Notes under the pieces: generated by a model | What the model was told of the DNA's origin: nothing | The model's database searches: none | The model's input: the letters and a program-made list of their open reading frames with translations, nothing else | Assembly (NCBI GenBank): GCA_037138355.1 | Contig: JBAXIL010000023.1 | Span: 1-26,234 of the forward strand | Source: a bacterium | GTDB lineage: Bacteria; Oederibacteriota; PGYV01; Palsa-1178 | Direction of reading: 5' to 3' | DNA: 26,234 bases | Part shown: piece after piece, positions 26,224-26,234 of the stretch | Layout of the letters: each line of letters opens with the position of its first letter | How positions within the stretch are numbered: the stretch's first letter is position 1 | Made by a program: the position numbers and the translations under genes

Positions 26224-26234
26224 AGGAGCAGTAA

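Noticed and set aside
1..26234. CRISPR arrays, IS elements, integrases, tRNA/rRNA, frameshifted pseudogenes
   Set aside because: No spaced direct repeats, transposase motifs, RNA-gene signatures or broken reading frames were seen; the intergenic gaps are short.

Overview
AT-rich bacterial chromosomal window made almost entirely of housekeeping genes on the + strand. In order: a TCA-cycle cluster (sucD truncated at the window edge, mdh, a NifV/homocitrate-synthase-like DRE-TIM enzyme, then sdhD-sdhC-sdhA-sdhB); rpsO-pnp with a structured leader; a glycerol-dehydrogenase-family gene; one convergent minus-strand secreted glycoside hydrolase with two N-terminal CBM-like repeats; a hypothetical-pepA-outer membrane beta-barrel-HExxH membrane peptidase block; GTP-dependent PEP carboxykinase; a DUF47-PiT phosphate transport pair; bioY; and rpoN-hpf-ptsN-hprK-yvcK. 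The beta-barrel protein and the rpoN/ptsN cluster suggest a diderm cell. I saw no mobile element, CRISPR array, tRNA or rRNA, and no obviously new multi-gene system. The best leads are: (i) a strong, apparently bidirectional intrinsic terminator inside the 5' coding region of the gldA-like gene; (ii) a NifV-like enzyme with altered active-site motifs sitting in the TCA operon, a candidate Re-citrate synthase; (iii) a multi-hairpin rpsO leader; (iv) an uncharacterised gene heading a proteolysis/envelope block; (v) Pho-box-like 11-bp periodic repeats upstream of the phosphate transporter. All calls come from motif recognition by eye; no searches were run.
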